From Kofleriaceae bacterium (GTDB taxonomy: Bacteria; Myxococcota_A; Polyangia; Haliangiales; Haliangiaceae): a stretch of DNA of 64,000 bases. Positions 20,837 through 30,568 of this stretch are shown here, in pieces; position 1 is the stretch's first letter, and each line of letters opens with the position of its first letter. The position numbers and the translations under genes are program-made. The stretch lies in NCBI GenBank assembly GCA_041389925.1, contig JAWKQX010000006.1, positions 151,837 to 215,836 of the forward strand, read 5' to 3'. The notes below the pieces were generated by a model. It saw only the letters and a program-made list of their open reading frames with translations, ran no database searches and was not told the origin of the DNA.

Positions 20837-21274
20837 ATGCGCATGTCGAAGATCGCCCTATCCCCCCGACGCCTCAGGGCGTCCCGCAACGCCAAGCGTC
20901 GCCAGAAAGGCATGACGCTGCTGGAGATCATGATCGTGCTCGCCATCTTGGCGCTGATCATGGGCCTGGTGGTTGGGCCTCGCGTCATGAAGCTGTTCAG
21001 CAAGTCCAAGGAGGACATCGCCGCCGCGACCGTCCGCAAGTACGCCAGCGAGGCGTTCCCGCTGTGGGCGCAGGCCAACCCGGACAAGGCGTGCCCGCCC
21101 AACATCGAGGCGCTCAACGAGTACATGAACAACAAGGAGAACAAGGACACCTGGGGCCAGCCGTACCGCTTGCTCTGCGGTCCCACGTTGCCCGCCGGCG
21201 CCCAGGGCATCGGCATCGTGTCCAACGGCCCCGACCAAAAAGAGAACACCGCGGACGACATCAAGTCCTGGTAG
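20837..21274 (+). CDS. gspG: major pseudopilin GspG (prepilin with unusually long 25-aa leader)
   Basis: Prepilin signature RRQKG/MTLLEIMIVLAILALI. AAGGAG Shine-Dalgarno 5 nt upstream of ATG 20837. Leader MRMSKIALSPRRLRASRNAKRRQKG is longer than the typical 6-10 aa. Confidence 0.85.
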   Translation: MRMSKIALSPRRLRASRNAKRRQKGMTLLEIMIVLAILALIMGLVVGPRVMKLFSKSKEDIAAATVRKYASEAFPLWAQANPDKACPPNIEALNEYMNNKENKDTWGQPYRLLCGPTLPAGAQGIGIVSNGPDQKENTADDIKSW

Positions 21275-21277
21275 CCC

Positions 21278-22081
21278 ATGCCCCTTCGCCGCCTCCATCC
21301 TACGCGCCTGACCATCGCCGCCTCGCGGCGGCGGCAGCGCGGCATCACCCTGCTGGAGATCATGATCGTGCTCGCGATCATGGGCGCCTCGCTGGGGCTG
21401 GTGCGGAGCGGCTTTCGCATGGTCACCAAGGCGGATCTGGCGGAGAACGCGGTGGAGCTGGTCGCGATGCTGCGGCGCACCAACCAGCTCGCGATCGAGA
21501 CCGGCGAGATGCACCGGCTGGTCCTCGATCTCGACAAGCACGCCTACGCCATCGAGGTGTGCCAGGGCCAGGCCGCGATCAGCCGCAACGAGGCGGTCAA
21601 GGTCGAAGAGGACGTCAAGCAGCGCGCGATCCTGCGCATGCAGGGTCGGCTCGGCGGCGCCTCGCCGGAGGCGCTGTCGACCGATCCGGAGGACGCCACC
21701 AAGAAGGCGCTCGCGCTGGCCGGGCACCACGTGGCGGATCGCTCGTGTGAGCAGGCGGCCGCGGGCCTCACCGGCGACTCGCAGGGCCGCGGCTGGGCCC
21801 GCGAGCTGCGCAGCAACAAGGGCATCAAGTTCCGCGAGGTCTGGGTGCAGCACCAGGACAAGAGCAGCACCGACGGTCAGGTCGCCATCTACTTCTTCCC
21901 GATCGGCTCGGCGGAGAAGGCGGTGATCGAGCTGACCGACGGCACGGACGTGTTCTCGGTCCTGCTGTTCGGCCTGACCTCGCTGGTGCAGATCCACGAC
22001 GGCACGCTGCCGGACGTCGAGGACCACATGTTGCGCAACATCAAGGGTGACCGCGACAAGGTCCGGGAGTCCAACCGATGA
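21278..22081 (+). CDS. gspH: minor pseudopilin GspH-like
   Basis: Prepilin N-terminus RRQRG/ITLLEIMIVLAIMGA. Position in the cluster. The ATG overlaps the next gene as ATGA. Confidence 0.75.
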   Translation: MPLRRLHPTRLTIAASRRRQRGITLLEIMIVLAIMGASLGLVRSGFRMVTKADLAENAVELVAMLRRTNQLAIETGEMHRLVLDLDKHAYAIEVCQGQAAISRNEAVKVEEDVKQRAILRMQGRLGGASPEALSTDPEDATKKALALAGHHVADRSCEQAAAGLTGDSQGRGWARELRSNKGIKFREVWVQHQDKSSTDGQVAIYFFPIGSAEKAVIELTDGTDVFSVLLFGLTSLVQIHDGTLPDVEDHMLRNIKGDRDKVRESNR

Positions 22082-22857
22082 TCACCGTGTGCCGTCTTGC
22101 GCGACGATCCAGGCGCGGCCGCACCGCCGCCGGCTTCACGCTGGTGGAGGTGATGCTGGCGCTGGCCATCCTCGGGATGGCGCTGATGATGCTGATGCGC
22201 AGCGCCACCGGCAGCCTGTTTGCCACGTCGCAGGCGCAGATGCTCGGCGTGGTCACCGATCTCGCGCGCGGCAAGATGTACGATCTCGAGGAGAAGGTCA
22301 CCAAGGAGGGCTTCTCCGACAGCAAGCAGACCGAGCAGGGCACCTTCGAGGCGGAGGGCTGGGAGTCGGTGGAGTGGGAGGCGACGATCGAGCCGGTCGA
22401 GCTGCCCAACCTGTCGACGGTGCAAGAGGTGGGCAAGAGCGCGGCGGCGAACAACACCAAGCCGTCGCCCAACGGCTCGGGGAGCGGCTCGGACGTGCAG
22501 GCCGCGCAAGACGCCACGGGCGGCTTCATCGAGCAGTTCTACGGCGTGATCTCGCAGGTGCTCAAGGTCGCCATCCGCAAGACCACGCTGGTGGTGAAGT
22601 GGAAGGTGCTGGGGCGCGATCGCGATCTGAAGGTCATCACGTACTTCACCAAGCCGGCGGCGATGGTCAACGCGATCAACGAGATCACCGGCGCGCTCGG
22701 CGGTGGCGGTGGCGGTGGCGGCAGCGGCGGCAGCAGCGGCGGTGGTGGCGGCAGCAGCGGCGGCGGCGGCAGCAGCGGCGGTGGCGGTAGCAGCGGCGGT
22801 GGCGGCAGCAGCGGCGGTGGCGGTAGCAGCGGCGGCGGCCGAGGTGGCGGCTCGTGA
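22078..22857 (+). CDS. gspI: minor pseudopilin GspI-like with C-terminal (GGGGSS)n tail
   Basis: AAGFTLVEVMLALAILGMAL prepilin motif. The C-terminal about 55 aa are Gly/Ser repeats encoded by an 18-bp tandem DNA repeat. Confidence 0.75.
   Translation: MITVCRLARRSRRGRTAAGFTLVEVMLALAILGMALMMLMRSATGSLFATSQAQMLGVVTDLARGKMYDLEEKVTKEGFSDSKQTEQGTFEAEGWESVEWEATIEPVELPNLSTVQEVGKSAAANNTKPSPNGSGSGSDVQAAQDATGGFIEQFYGVISQVLKVAIRKTTLVVKWKVLGRDRDLKVITYFTKPAAMVNAINEITGALGGGGGGGGSGGSSGGGGGSSGGGGSSGGGGSSGGGGSSGGGGSSGGGRGGGS
22700..22854 (+). repeat. 18-bp tandem repeat (ggcggcagcagcggcggt-like) encoding the GGGGSS tail of GspI
   Basis: Read directly: repeated ggcggtggcggtagcagcggcggtggcggcagcagc units. Confidence 0.8.
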
Positions 22858-23558
22858 GCCCTCGACGTTCCTGCGCGCGCGCGCGCGGCATGACCCTCCT
22901 GGAGGTCATGATCGGCCTGGCCATCCTCGGCATGATGATGGCGCTCACCTGGTCGACCATCTCCAACAGCTCGCGCGCCAAGCGCAGCTCGGAGGCGATC
23001 GAGCAGCGCAACCACGAGATCCGCGTGGCGATGGGCCAGGTGGTCCACGACTTCGAGAGCGCCTACCTCTCGCTCAACGAGGACACCAACTCGCAGAACC
23101 GGCGCACGCTGTTCATCGGCAAGAGCGGCAACAAGGTGCCGGAGATGCGCTTCTCTACGCTCAACCACCGCGTCCTCACCGCGGACGCCAACGAGTCCGA
23201 GCAGACGCAGATCTCCTACGAGGCGATGCGGGATCGGCAGGACGGCGACAAGACCAACTGGATCCGCCGCGAGCAGCGCCGGCTGTCCAACGAGAACCCC
23301 GAGGACGAGCCCGCGGAGTACGACGTCCTGGTCCACGACATCGAAGAGGTGCAGTTCGAGTTCTGGGACTGGAACCGCGAAGAGTGGAAGGACCGCTGGG
23401 ACTCCACCGCCAGCGACGGCGAGCGCGGGCGCCTGCCGGAGCGGGTGCGCATCACGCTCAAGATCAAGACGCCCAAGGGCGAGATCTCCACCCGCACCAC
23501 GCAGGCGAGCTTGCTCATGCAGGACTCCTTGCAGTTCAACCCAGATCGGGGGCCCTGA
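22854..23558 (+). CDS. gspJ: minor pseudopilin GspJ-like
   Basis: ARARG/MTLLEVMIGLAILGMMMAL prepilin motif. GTG start overlaps the gspI stop (GTGA). Position in the cluster. Confidence 0.75.
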   Translation: MSPRRSCARARGMTLLEVMIGLAILGMMMALTWSTISNSSRAKRSSEAIEQRNHEIRVAMGQVVHDFESAYLSLNEDTNSQNRRTLFIGKSGNKVPEMRFSTLNHRVLTADANESEQTQISYEAMRDRQDGDKTNWIRREQRRLSNENPEDEPAEYDVLVHDIEEVQFEFWDWNREEWKDRWDSTASDGERGRLPERVRITLKIKTPKGEISTRTTQASLLMQDSLQFNPDRGP

Positions 23559-24859
23559 TGCGCCGCCTACGCGTCCAGCGACCTCGCCTGGTCCGCGGCA
23601 AGCTGTTCGCCAGCCGCGAGCGCGGCATCGCGCTGGTGATGGTGATGATCGCGATCTCGATCATCCTCGCCATCACCAACCAGTTCGGCACCAACGCCAA
23701 CATCGACATGATCGCCGCGGCCAACTACCGCGATCAGATGCGCGCGCACTTCCTGGCGCGCACCGCGCTCAACGTCTCCGAGCTCGTCATCCGCATGCAG
23801 GTCGAGCTGGAGAAGCAGTTCAAGGGCCTGGACCTCACCAGCTACGCGGACCAGTTCATGATGGCGTTCTGCGGCAACCGCGCCGAGATCAGCGAGGCGC
23901 TCGGCGTCCCGGTGGAGCGGCTCGACGGGCTCGGCGGCGACATCGGCAACTGCGGCCTCATCCCGGCGATCACCACGGACGACAGCAAGATCAACCTCAA
24001 CTGTGCGTACAGCTCGAACAACAAGACGTTCGAGAGCCTGCGCGATCGGCTGATGTCGCTCTTGTCGTTCTCCGCGTACGATCCGGTGTTCGACGAAGGC
24101 GACGCCGAGGCCTGGCGGCGCAACCGCGAGACCCAGGTGGCGGCCCTGCTCGACTACGTCGACAAGGACTCGCTGCGCATGCGCGACCGCGGCTCGACGG
24201 AGGACTACGGCTACGAGTCGCTCAAGGACAGCTACCGCGCCAAGCAGAACCTCCTGGACACGGTCGGCGAGTTGCGGCTGGTCCGCGGCGTCGACGACCG
24301 CTTCTGGACGCTGTTCGGCAAGGCGTTCACCGTCTACGGCGGGTGCAAGATCAACCTCCAGGCGGTCGACAACGTCGCGCTGCTCGCCTCGATCCTGCGC
24401 CAGGCCGCGGAGAACCCGACCGACCCCGTGCTGCAAGATCAGCAGAAGCTGTGGCTCCTGGCCACGGTGATCATCAAGGCGCAGGAGTTCGGCCAGACGT
24501 TCAAGGACTCCGACGAGTTCATCGACTTCGTCAAGGACCCGGCGGCCGCGTTCAGCCTGCCCGGCCAGAAGGGCGGGCCTCCGCCTCAGATCCCCGGCCT
24601 CCCGCCGGGAGTGAAGGTCGGCCTGGCGCTCAAGAAGAGCGAGCTCGATCCCATCGTCACCTTCGGCGCGCGCATCACCTATCGCGTCACCGCGTGGGGC
24701 GAGATCAACCGCGCCCAGGTCGATGACAAGGGCAACCCCATCTTCCCCCCGGTCCGCCGCACGATCACCGGCGTCTGGGACACGGGCAAGACCCCCCAGC
24801 ACGTGCGCAAGGAACGGGAGGCCGGCAAGGGCGCCTGGGTCTTCCTGAAGGAGGAGTAG
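23558..24859 (+). CDS. gspK: minor pseudopilin GspK
   Basis: Start MRRLRVQRPRLVRGKLFASRERG/IALVMVMIAISIILAI (ATG 23558, TGATG overlap with gspJ). Lies in the C-terminal frame of artefact ORF 22703..24859. Large periplasmic domain typical of GspK. Confidence 0.8.
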   Translation: MRRLRVQRPRLVRGKLFASRERGIALVMVMIAISIILAITNQFGTNANIDMIAAANYRDQMRAHFLARTALNVSELVIRMQVELEKQFKGLDLTSYADQFMMAFCGNRAEISEALGVPVERLDGLGGDIGNCGLIPAITTDDSKINLNCAYSSNNKTFESLRDRLMSLLSFSAYDPVFDEGDAEAWRRNRETQVAALLDYVDKDSLRMRDRGSTEDYGYESLKDSYRAKQNLLDTVGELRLVRGVDDRFWTLFGKAFTVYGGCKINLQAVDNVALLASILRQAAENPTDPVLQDQQKLWLLATVIIKAQEFGQTFKDSDEFIDFVKDPAAAFSLPGQKGGPPPQIPGLPPGVKVGLALKKSELDPIVTFGARITYRVTAWGEINRAQVDDKGNPIFPPVRRTITGVWDTGKTPQHVRKEREAGKGAWVFLKEE

Positions 24860-24861
24860 CC

Positions 24862-26508
24862 ATGAGTCGGAACTTCGTCGTCGATCTCGGAGCATGGAGC
24901 GTCAAAGTGGCGGTCGCGGTTCCGGGCTTGCGCGGCGGCACCATCACCCACGTCGTCGAGCGCCTCATCCCCCCGGGGGAGGACGCGGTGGGCCCGCGCG
25001 CGGTGGCCGTGCTCGACGACCTGGTCAAGGAGCTGAACCTCCACAACGACACGATGTACTTCGCCGTGCGCGGCGATCAGCTCTTCACGCAGATCCTGGA
25101 TCTGCCGTTCCGCAACCTGCGGCGCACCGAGCTGGAGAAGGCGGTCGGCGGCGAGCTCGAGGGCGTGATGCCCGTCGATCTCGAGGACATGGTCTTCGCG
25201 TTCGAGCCGATCGCGGACGTCGCCACCGCCGCGCCGGTCGGCGAGGCCGAGGGCGAGCCGGCGCGCGGCCGCGCCCCCGACGCCATCGAGGGCATGCGCG
25301 TCCTGACCTACGCGATGCGCACCGACCGCGCCGAGGAGCTCATCGCCGAGGGCCAGGAGGCGGGCCACGATCCGCGGGCGCTCTTCCCGGTCGCGGCTGG
25401 CGCGGCGCGCGTGCTGGAGCGGTCCGGCGTGAGCACGCAGCTCGCCGGCGCGCCGATCGCCGTCCTCGATCTGGGGCACGAGCGCACCGAGGTCGCGCTG
25501 GTGCGAGGCGCGCAGATGCTGTTCAGCCGTAACCTGGCGCGCGGCGGCAAGCAGCTCACCGAGGCGATCGCGCGCACCTGGAAGCTCTCCTTCTACGACG
25601 CCGAGCAGGTCAAGCACACCGACGGCTTCGTCGCGTCCGCGGCCGAGCCCGCCACCTCCGAGGTGTGGTCGCGGCTGCACGGCGTCACGTCGGTGGAGCT
25701 GATGCCGCTGGTCCGCGACCTGCGGCAGACCTTCGCGGGCGCGCGCGCCCGCACCGGCTGCACGCCGACGGCGCTGCTCCTGGTGGGCGGCGGCTCGCGG
25801 CTGCGCGGCCTGGCCTCGTTCCTCTCCGAGCAGCTCGGCCTGCCGGCGCGGACGCTCTCGGAGATGGAGCGCGCCGCGATGGTCGGGCCCAAGGTGCCGG
25901 ACCTGTCCTCCGTCGACAGCCTGGCGATGACGATCGGCCTGTTGCACGAGTCGCTCACCGGCCGGCCCGCGTTCAACCTCCGCCAGGGCGAGCTGGCGGT
26001 GAAGGTCGACCTGTCGTTCTTGCGCACCAAGCTGTGGGCGCTGGGCGCCGCCGCCGTCGCGGTGGCGACGTTCGCCGCCGGCAGCGCGTACGCCAACATG
26101 TATCGCCTGCGCAAGGCCGAGAAGGTCCTCCAGCAGCGGCTCGCCGATGAATCGACGCAGCACTTCGGCACCAAGAAGACGGCGGACGAGGTCCTGTCCG
26201 CGCCGGGCGCCACCGCGGGCCTGGCGATCTCTCCGATGCCCAAGATGTCGGCGTATGATCTCCTCCTGGACATCAGCGCGCAGGTCCCGGGCAAGGACAA
26301 GATCACGCTGGACATCCTCCGGCTCGACATCACGGACTCGAAGGTCGACCTGGAGGGGACGGCGAAGAAGGCCGAGGAGATCGACCTGTTCCAGGGGGAG
26401 CTGAAGAAGAAGATCACCTGCTTCGAAGAGGTCACCCGCGGGACGACGGAGAGCGCCGAGAACGACGTTCAGCACTTCAAGATCAACATCAAGTCGAAAT
26501 GCATGTGA
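24862..26508 (+). CDS. gspL: type II secretion protein GspL (cytoplasmic actin-like domain, one TM, periplasmic domain)
   Basis: AAGGAGGAG Shine-Dalgarno before ATG 24862. Cytoplasmic domain, then TM LWALGAAAVAVATFAAGSAYA, then a periplasmic region. Position between gspK and gspM. Confidence 0.8.
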   Translation: MSRNFVVDLGAWSVKVAVAVPGLRGGTITHVVERLIPPGEDAVGPRAVAVLDDLVKELNLHNDTMYFAVRGDQLFTQILDLPFRNLRRTELEKAVGGELEGVMPVDLEDMVFAFEPIADVATAAPVGEAEGEPARGRAPDAIEGMRVLTYAMRTDRAEELIAEGQEAGHDPRALFPVAAGAARVLERSGVSTQLAGAPIAVLDLGHERTEVALVRGAQMLFSRNLARGGKQLTEAIARTWKLSFYDAEQVKHTDGFVASAAEPATSEVWSRLHGVTSVELMPLVRDLRQTFAGARARTGCTPTALLLVGGGSRLRGLASFLSEQLGLPARTLSEMERAAMVGPKVPDLSSVDSLAMTIGLLHESLTGRPAFNLRQGELAVKVDLSFLRTKLWALGAAAVAVATFAAGSAYANMYRLRKAEKVLQQRLADESTQHFGTKKTADEVLSAPGATAGLAISPMPKMSAYDLLLDISAQVPGKDKITLDILRLDITDSKVDLEGTAKKAEEIDLFQGELKKKITCFEEVTRGTTESAENDVQHFKINIKSKCM

Positions 26509-26514
26509 GCCGCC

Positions 26515-27105
26515 ATGTCAACCTTCGCAGATAACGCCAGCGACTGGTGGGAACGCAAGAACCCGCGCGAGCGCATGCTCTTGATGTCCCTCGCCGTGGT
26601 CGTGCCGATCACGCTCGCGGTCTACCTGGGCTCGTACATCAGCGACGGGCTCGCGAAGATCGAGAAGAACAACGCCACTACCCGGCGGGCGCTGTCGACG
26701 CTCGCCGATCTGCGCGCGCGCGGGCCGGTGGATCAGCCCACCGATGATCTGCTCGCCGCGATGCCGACGGAGCCGATCGGCCTGGAGAGCTACCTATCCC
26801 GCGCCGCCGAGAAGGCGAAGATCAAGATCCCGCGGTTCAACCCGCGGACGCCGGTCACCAAGGGCGGCTTCGTCACCCAGTCGATGCAGATCGACCTCAA
26901 CGACGTCTCGCTCGAGCAGGCGCGCGCCTTCCTCGAGGCGGTGGAGAAGGACTCGAACTACGTGGCCGTCACCGCGCTCAACGCAAGCCGGAAGTTCGGC
27001 GTGCAGGAGCGGCTCAACTTCAAGCTCGAGATCTCGTCGTACGCCAAGGAGCCCCCCGCGGTGAAGGCCGAGGCCGAGGGCAGCGGCTCAGGCGGAGGGA
27101 GCTAG
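26515..27105 (+). CDS. gspM: type II secretion protein GspM
   Basis: Small bitopic protein (TM LLMSLAVVVPITLAVYLG) following gspL. Confidence 0.75.
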   Translation: MSTFADNASDWWERKNPRERMLLMSLAVVVPITLAVYLGSYISDGLAKIEKNNATTRRALSTLADLRARGPVDQPTDDLLAAMPTEPIGLESYLSRAAEKAKIKIPRFNPRTPVTKGGFVTQSMQIDLNDVSLEQARAFLEAVEKDSNYVAVTALNASRKFGVQERLNFKLEISSYAKEPPAVKAEAEGSGSGGGS

Positions 27106-27108
27106 TCC

Positions 27109-28371
27109 ATGAGGCTTCTCGGCATCACCATCGGCTCGCGTGGGATGGCGCTCCTGCGCGCGATCGGGTACGTCGCGCTCGCGCTGGGCTCGTTCGTCTT
27201 CGCGCTGCAGCTCACCTTCCCGTACGGGCGGGTCAAGGATCGCCTCGTCGAGGTCCTCTCCACGAAGTACGACGTGGTGATCGGCGGCGTGGAGCGCGGC
27301 CTCTTGCCCGGCAAGATGATCCTCAACAACGTCAGCTTGAAGACGCGGGTGACCGAGCCCAACCAGGTGCCGTCGCTCTTCTACGTGAAGCGGATCGCGA
27401 TCGACCTCGGCGTGCTCGCCCTGCTCAGCAAGAAGGCCGTCCTCGACATCGAGGCGACCATCGGCACCGGCACCCTCGAGGGGACCGCGAGCTTCTCCAA
27501 GGAGCGCGCGCAGCTCGCGTTTCACAGCGACTCGCTGCCCGGCATGAACCTGCCGTTCCGCGAGCTGGTCGGCCTGCCGGTGCTCGGCGAAGTGGCGTTC
27601 AACCTGGACTTCGACTTCCAGCTCGTCCGCAACACGGTGGACTGGACCAAGGCGCGCGGCGACCTGACGCTGGAGTGCCCGCGCGGCTGCACCGTCGGCG
27701 ACGGCAAGACCAAGATCCGCCCCGCGGTCACGCGGCCGAACCAGGCCGAGTTCGTCAAGGACGGCATCGAGTTCAACAAGCTCAAGCTCGACAAGTTCTT
27801 GATGAAGCTCGAGGTCAAGAAGGGCACCGCGAAGCTCACCAAGTGGGAGGTGCCGTCGAAGGACGGCGAGGTGCACGTGGACTTCGAGGCGGCCCTGGAC
27901 AAGGTGCTCAACAACTCGCAGGTCACCGGCTGCCTGCGCTTCAACGGCTCGAAGGACCTGGAGAAGCGCGACTACCGGACCTTCGCGCAGCTCCGCACGC
28001 TGGGCGCGCCGCTCGGCCCTGACAACCTGTTCCACATTCGCCTCACCGGCCCGCTGAGCAAGGTCCGGCGCCTGGCGCAGGTCTGTGGCCCGGCCGCGGC
28101 GGGCGCCAACAGCGGCTCCTCCGGCGGCGGGACCTTCACGCCATCGCCGGCCGCCCCCGAGCCGCTGGTGCCGCCTCCTTCGCCGCCGCCCGAGCCGACG
28201 CCGCCTCCGGCGATCCCTCCGCCGACGCCGCCGACGCCTGCCGCGACCCCCGCGGTGCCGGGGGCCCAGCCGGAGCCGCAGCCGGCCGACGCGACCGCAC
28301 AGCCGGCGAACGCGCCGGCGGATCCCGCCGCGGAGAACCCCGCGGCCGCCGCGCCGGCCGTCGCAGAGTAG
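27109..28371 (+). CDS. gspN: type II secretion protein GspN with Pro/Ala-rich C-terminal tail
   Basis: N-terminal TM, large periplasmic domain, last gene of the gsp cluster. About 90-aa PAPEPLVPPPSPPPEPTPPPAIPPPTPP tail. Confidence 0.7.
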   Translation: MRLLGITIGSRGMALLRAIGYVALALGSFVFALQLTFPYGRVKDRLVEVLSTKYDVVIGGVERGLLPGKMILNNVSLKTRVTEPNQVPSLFYVKRIAIDLGVLALLSKKAVLDIEATIGTGTLEGTASFSKERAQLAFHSDSLPGMNLPFRELVGLPVLGEVAFNLDFDFQLVRNTVDWTKARGDLTLECPRGCTVGDGKTKIRPAVTRPNQAEFVKDGIEFNKLKLDKFLMKLEVKKGTAKLTKWEVPSKDGEVHVDFEAALDKVLNNSQVTGCLRFNGSKDLEKRDYRTFAQLRTLGAPLGPDNLFHIRLTGPLSKVRRLAQVCGPAAAGANSGSSGGGTFTPSPAAPEPLVPPPSPPPEPTPPPAIPPPTPPTPAATPAVPGAQPEPQPADATAQPANAPADPAAENPAAAAPAVAE

Positions 28372-28476
28372 CGCCCCGGGTGGTCGGGCGTGGGAGCGTC
28401 AGCGGCCTCGGCGGTGTGATGGCGCCCGCTGCGCTGGCGGTGGTATCTTCGCCGCGGCGTTGCCGCACGGTCACTC

Positions 28477-29025
28477 ATGAAGGGCATCATCTTCAACCTG
28501 CTTGAGGAGTTCGTTCAGCGAGAGCTCGGCGCGGATGCCTGGGACGCGGTGCTCGCCAGCGCCGGCAGCGAGGGCGTATACACCTCGCTCGGCAACTATC
28601 CGGACGCGGAGCTGTCCGCGCTCGTGGGAGAGATCTCGGCGCGGCTCGGGCAGTCGGACGAGGATACCTTGCGCGCGTTCGGGGCCGCGGCGCTGCAGCG
28701 TCTGGCCGAGCGCTACCCGGTGTTCTTTCGGGGCCACCAGTCCATCCAGTCCTTCTTGCCCACGCTCAACGACGTCATCCACAAGGAGGTGCGGAAGATC
28801 TACGCGGGCGCGGAGGCGCCGGACTTCGGGTACGCGCACGCGTCCGAGGGGCACTTCGTCCTCACGTACAGCTCCGCGCGCGGCCTGTGCGCGCTGGCCG
28901 AGGGCTTCATCCATGGCGCCGCGGCCTTCTACGAGGAGGCGGCCGCGCTCCAGCAGCTCGAGTGCATGCACCGAGGGGACGCCCGCTGCGTCTTCGACAT
29001 CTCGTTTCGCAAGCGCGCGTCGTGA
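28477..29025 (+). CDS. hnoX: H-NOX (heme nitric oxide/oxygen-binding) sensor domain protein
   Basis: MKGIIFNLLEEFVQRELG N-terminus characteristic of stand-alone H-NOX. Candidate proximal His in DVIHKEV. YxSxR heme-propionate motif (YSSAR). 182 aa. Confidence 0.85.
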   Translation: MKGIIFNLLEEFVQRELGADAWDAVLASAGSEGVYTSLGNYPDAELSALVGEISARLGQSDEDTLRAFGAAALQRLAERYPVFFRGHQSIQSFLPTLNDVIHKEVRKIYAGAEAPDFGYAHASEGHFVLTYSSARGLCALAEGFIHGAAAFYEEAAALQQLECMHRGDARCVFDISFRKRAS

Positions 29026-29037
29026 AGTTGACCCCGC

Positions 29038-30342
29038 ATGACCCAGCCCGACGATCTCTCCGAACACCTGCTGCGCCGCCGCCTCGAGCGCGAGCGGCGA
29101 GGGCGCCTGGAGGCCGAGGCGATCGCCGAGCGCGCGCTGCGCGAGCTCTACGACAAGAACGAGGCGCTCATGCGCGAGATGTCGGAGCGCCAGGAGGTGG
29201 AGGCGCAGTTTCGCCAGTCGCAGAAGATGGAGGCGATGGGCGTGCTCGCCGGCGGCGTGGCGCACGACTTCAACAACCTGCTCACGGTCATCAACGGCTA
29301 CGCCGACGTGATCCTCACGCGCCTGCCGGCGGACAGCCCGCTCCAGGATCTGGTCCGCCACATCGCCGAGGCCGGGGAGCGCGCGGCGCTCCTGACGCAG
29401 CAGCTCCTCGTGTTCAGCCGCAAGCAGGTCCTCGAGCCCAAGGTGCTGAACCTCAACACGGTGGTCACGGGCGTGGCGAAGCTGCTCCGGCGCCTGATCG
29501 GTGAGCACATCCAGCTCGAGCTCGCGCTCGACGCGACGCTCCGGCCGATGCGCGGCGATCCCGGCCAGCTCGGGCAGGTGCTCCTCAACCTCGCGATCAA
29601 CGCGCGCGACGCGATGCCCGGCGGCGGCGTGCTGACCGTGAAGACGACCAACGTCGAGGTCGGGGATCTCCATCGCCACGGGCTCATCGAAGCGCGCCCC
29701 GCCAGGTACCTGCGGCTGGAGGTCTCCGACACGGGCCACGGGATGGACGAGGCGACGCGCGCGCGCGTCTTCGAGCCGTTCTTCACCACGAAGGATCCGG
29801 GCAAGGGTACGGGCCTGGGGCTCGCCACCGTCTACGGCGTCGTCAAGCAGAGCGAGGGGCACATCGCGGTCGCGAGCGCGCCGGGCTGGGGCGCGACGTT
29901 CCGGCTGTACTTCCCCAGCGTCGAGGCGGCGCCCGCGGAGGAGCCGATCAGCGAGACGCAGCGCGCGCTGACCGGCTCGGAGACGGTGCTGCTCGTCGAG
30001 GATGATCCGGCGGTGTGCGAGCTCGCCCGGTACACGTTGGAGGGCCAGGGCTACACCGTGCTGGAGGCGCGCGACGGCGACGAGGCGCTGCGCCTCGCCG
30101 AGCTGCACCCCGAGCGGATCGATCTGCTCGTGACCGACGTGGTGATGCCAGGCCTCGGCGGCCGCGCGGTGGCGGAGCGGCTGCGCGCGCGTCGCCGTGG
30201 CGTGAAGGTCCTTTATATGTCGGGCTACGCGGGCGACTTCGGCGCCGAGGCGCGCCGCGTGGAGGACGATCGCATGCTGCAAAAGCCGTTTGCGCCGCGG
30301 GACCTGTTACTGCGGGTCCGCGAAGCGCTTCGCTCTTCCTAG
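29038..30342 (+). CDS. hybrid histidine kinase (HisKA + HATPase_c + C-terminal receiver), H-NOX-associated kinase
   Basis: H-box [24 protein letters not shown] boxes. C-terminal receiver [15 protein letters not shown]...[13 protein letters not shown]. Starts 13 nt after the H-NOX stop. Confidence 0.88.
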   Translation: MTQPDDLSEHLLRRRLERERRGRLEAEAIAERALRELYDKNEALMREMSERQEVEAQFRQSQKMEAMGVLAGGVAHDFNNLLTVINGYADVILTRLPADSPLQDLVRHIAEAGERAALLTQQLLVFSRKQVLEPKVLNLNTVVTGVAKLLRRLIGEHIQLELALDATLRPMRGDPGQLGQVLLNLAINARDAMPGGGVLTVKTTNVEVGDLHRHGLIEARPARYLRLEVSDTGHGMDEATRARVFEPFFTTKDPGKGTGLGLATVYGVVKQSEGHIAVASAPGWGATFRLYFPSVEAAPAEEPISETQRALTGSETVLLVEDDPAVCELARYTLEGQGYTVLEARDGDEALRLAELHPERIDLLVTDVVMPGLGGRAVAERLRARRRGVKVLYMSGYAGDFGAEARRVEDDRMLQKPFAPRDLLLRVREALRSS

Positions 30343-30568
30343 GATGCAGAACCTCTCGGAGTCCGCGACCCGACCGGCGGGGGCGCCGTCGCGTGGTTCT
30401 GGAATATCTCATGGAATTCCATATCGTTGGATGCCTGCTCCGGGTGGAGCGCCGAGCCTCGGTGTCGCACCACTGGCGCCGCCGAGTGGGCTTCCCGGTA
30501 CGATCAAACGGCCGGAGAATCCTGCCAATCCGCCGCACGGCGACGTGGAAAAGAGGTAGGTTGCGGCC

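Noticed and set aside
22703-23557. N-terminal 285 codons of ORF 22703..24859
   Set aside because: Poly-Ala/Val translation of the GspI Gly/Ser repeat in another frame. The real gene (gspK) starts at the internal ATG 23558, with prepilin motif and coupling to gspJ.
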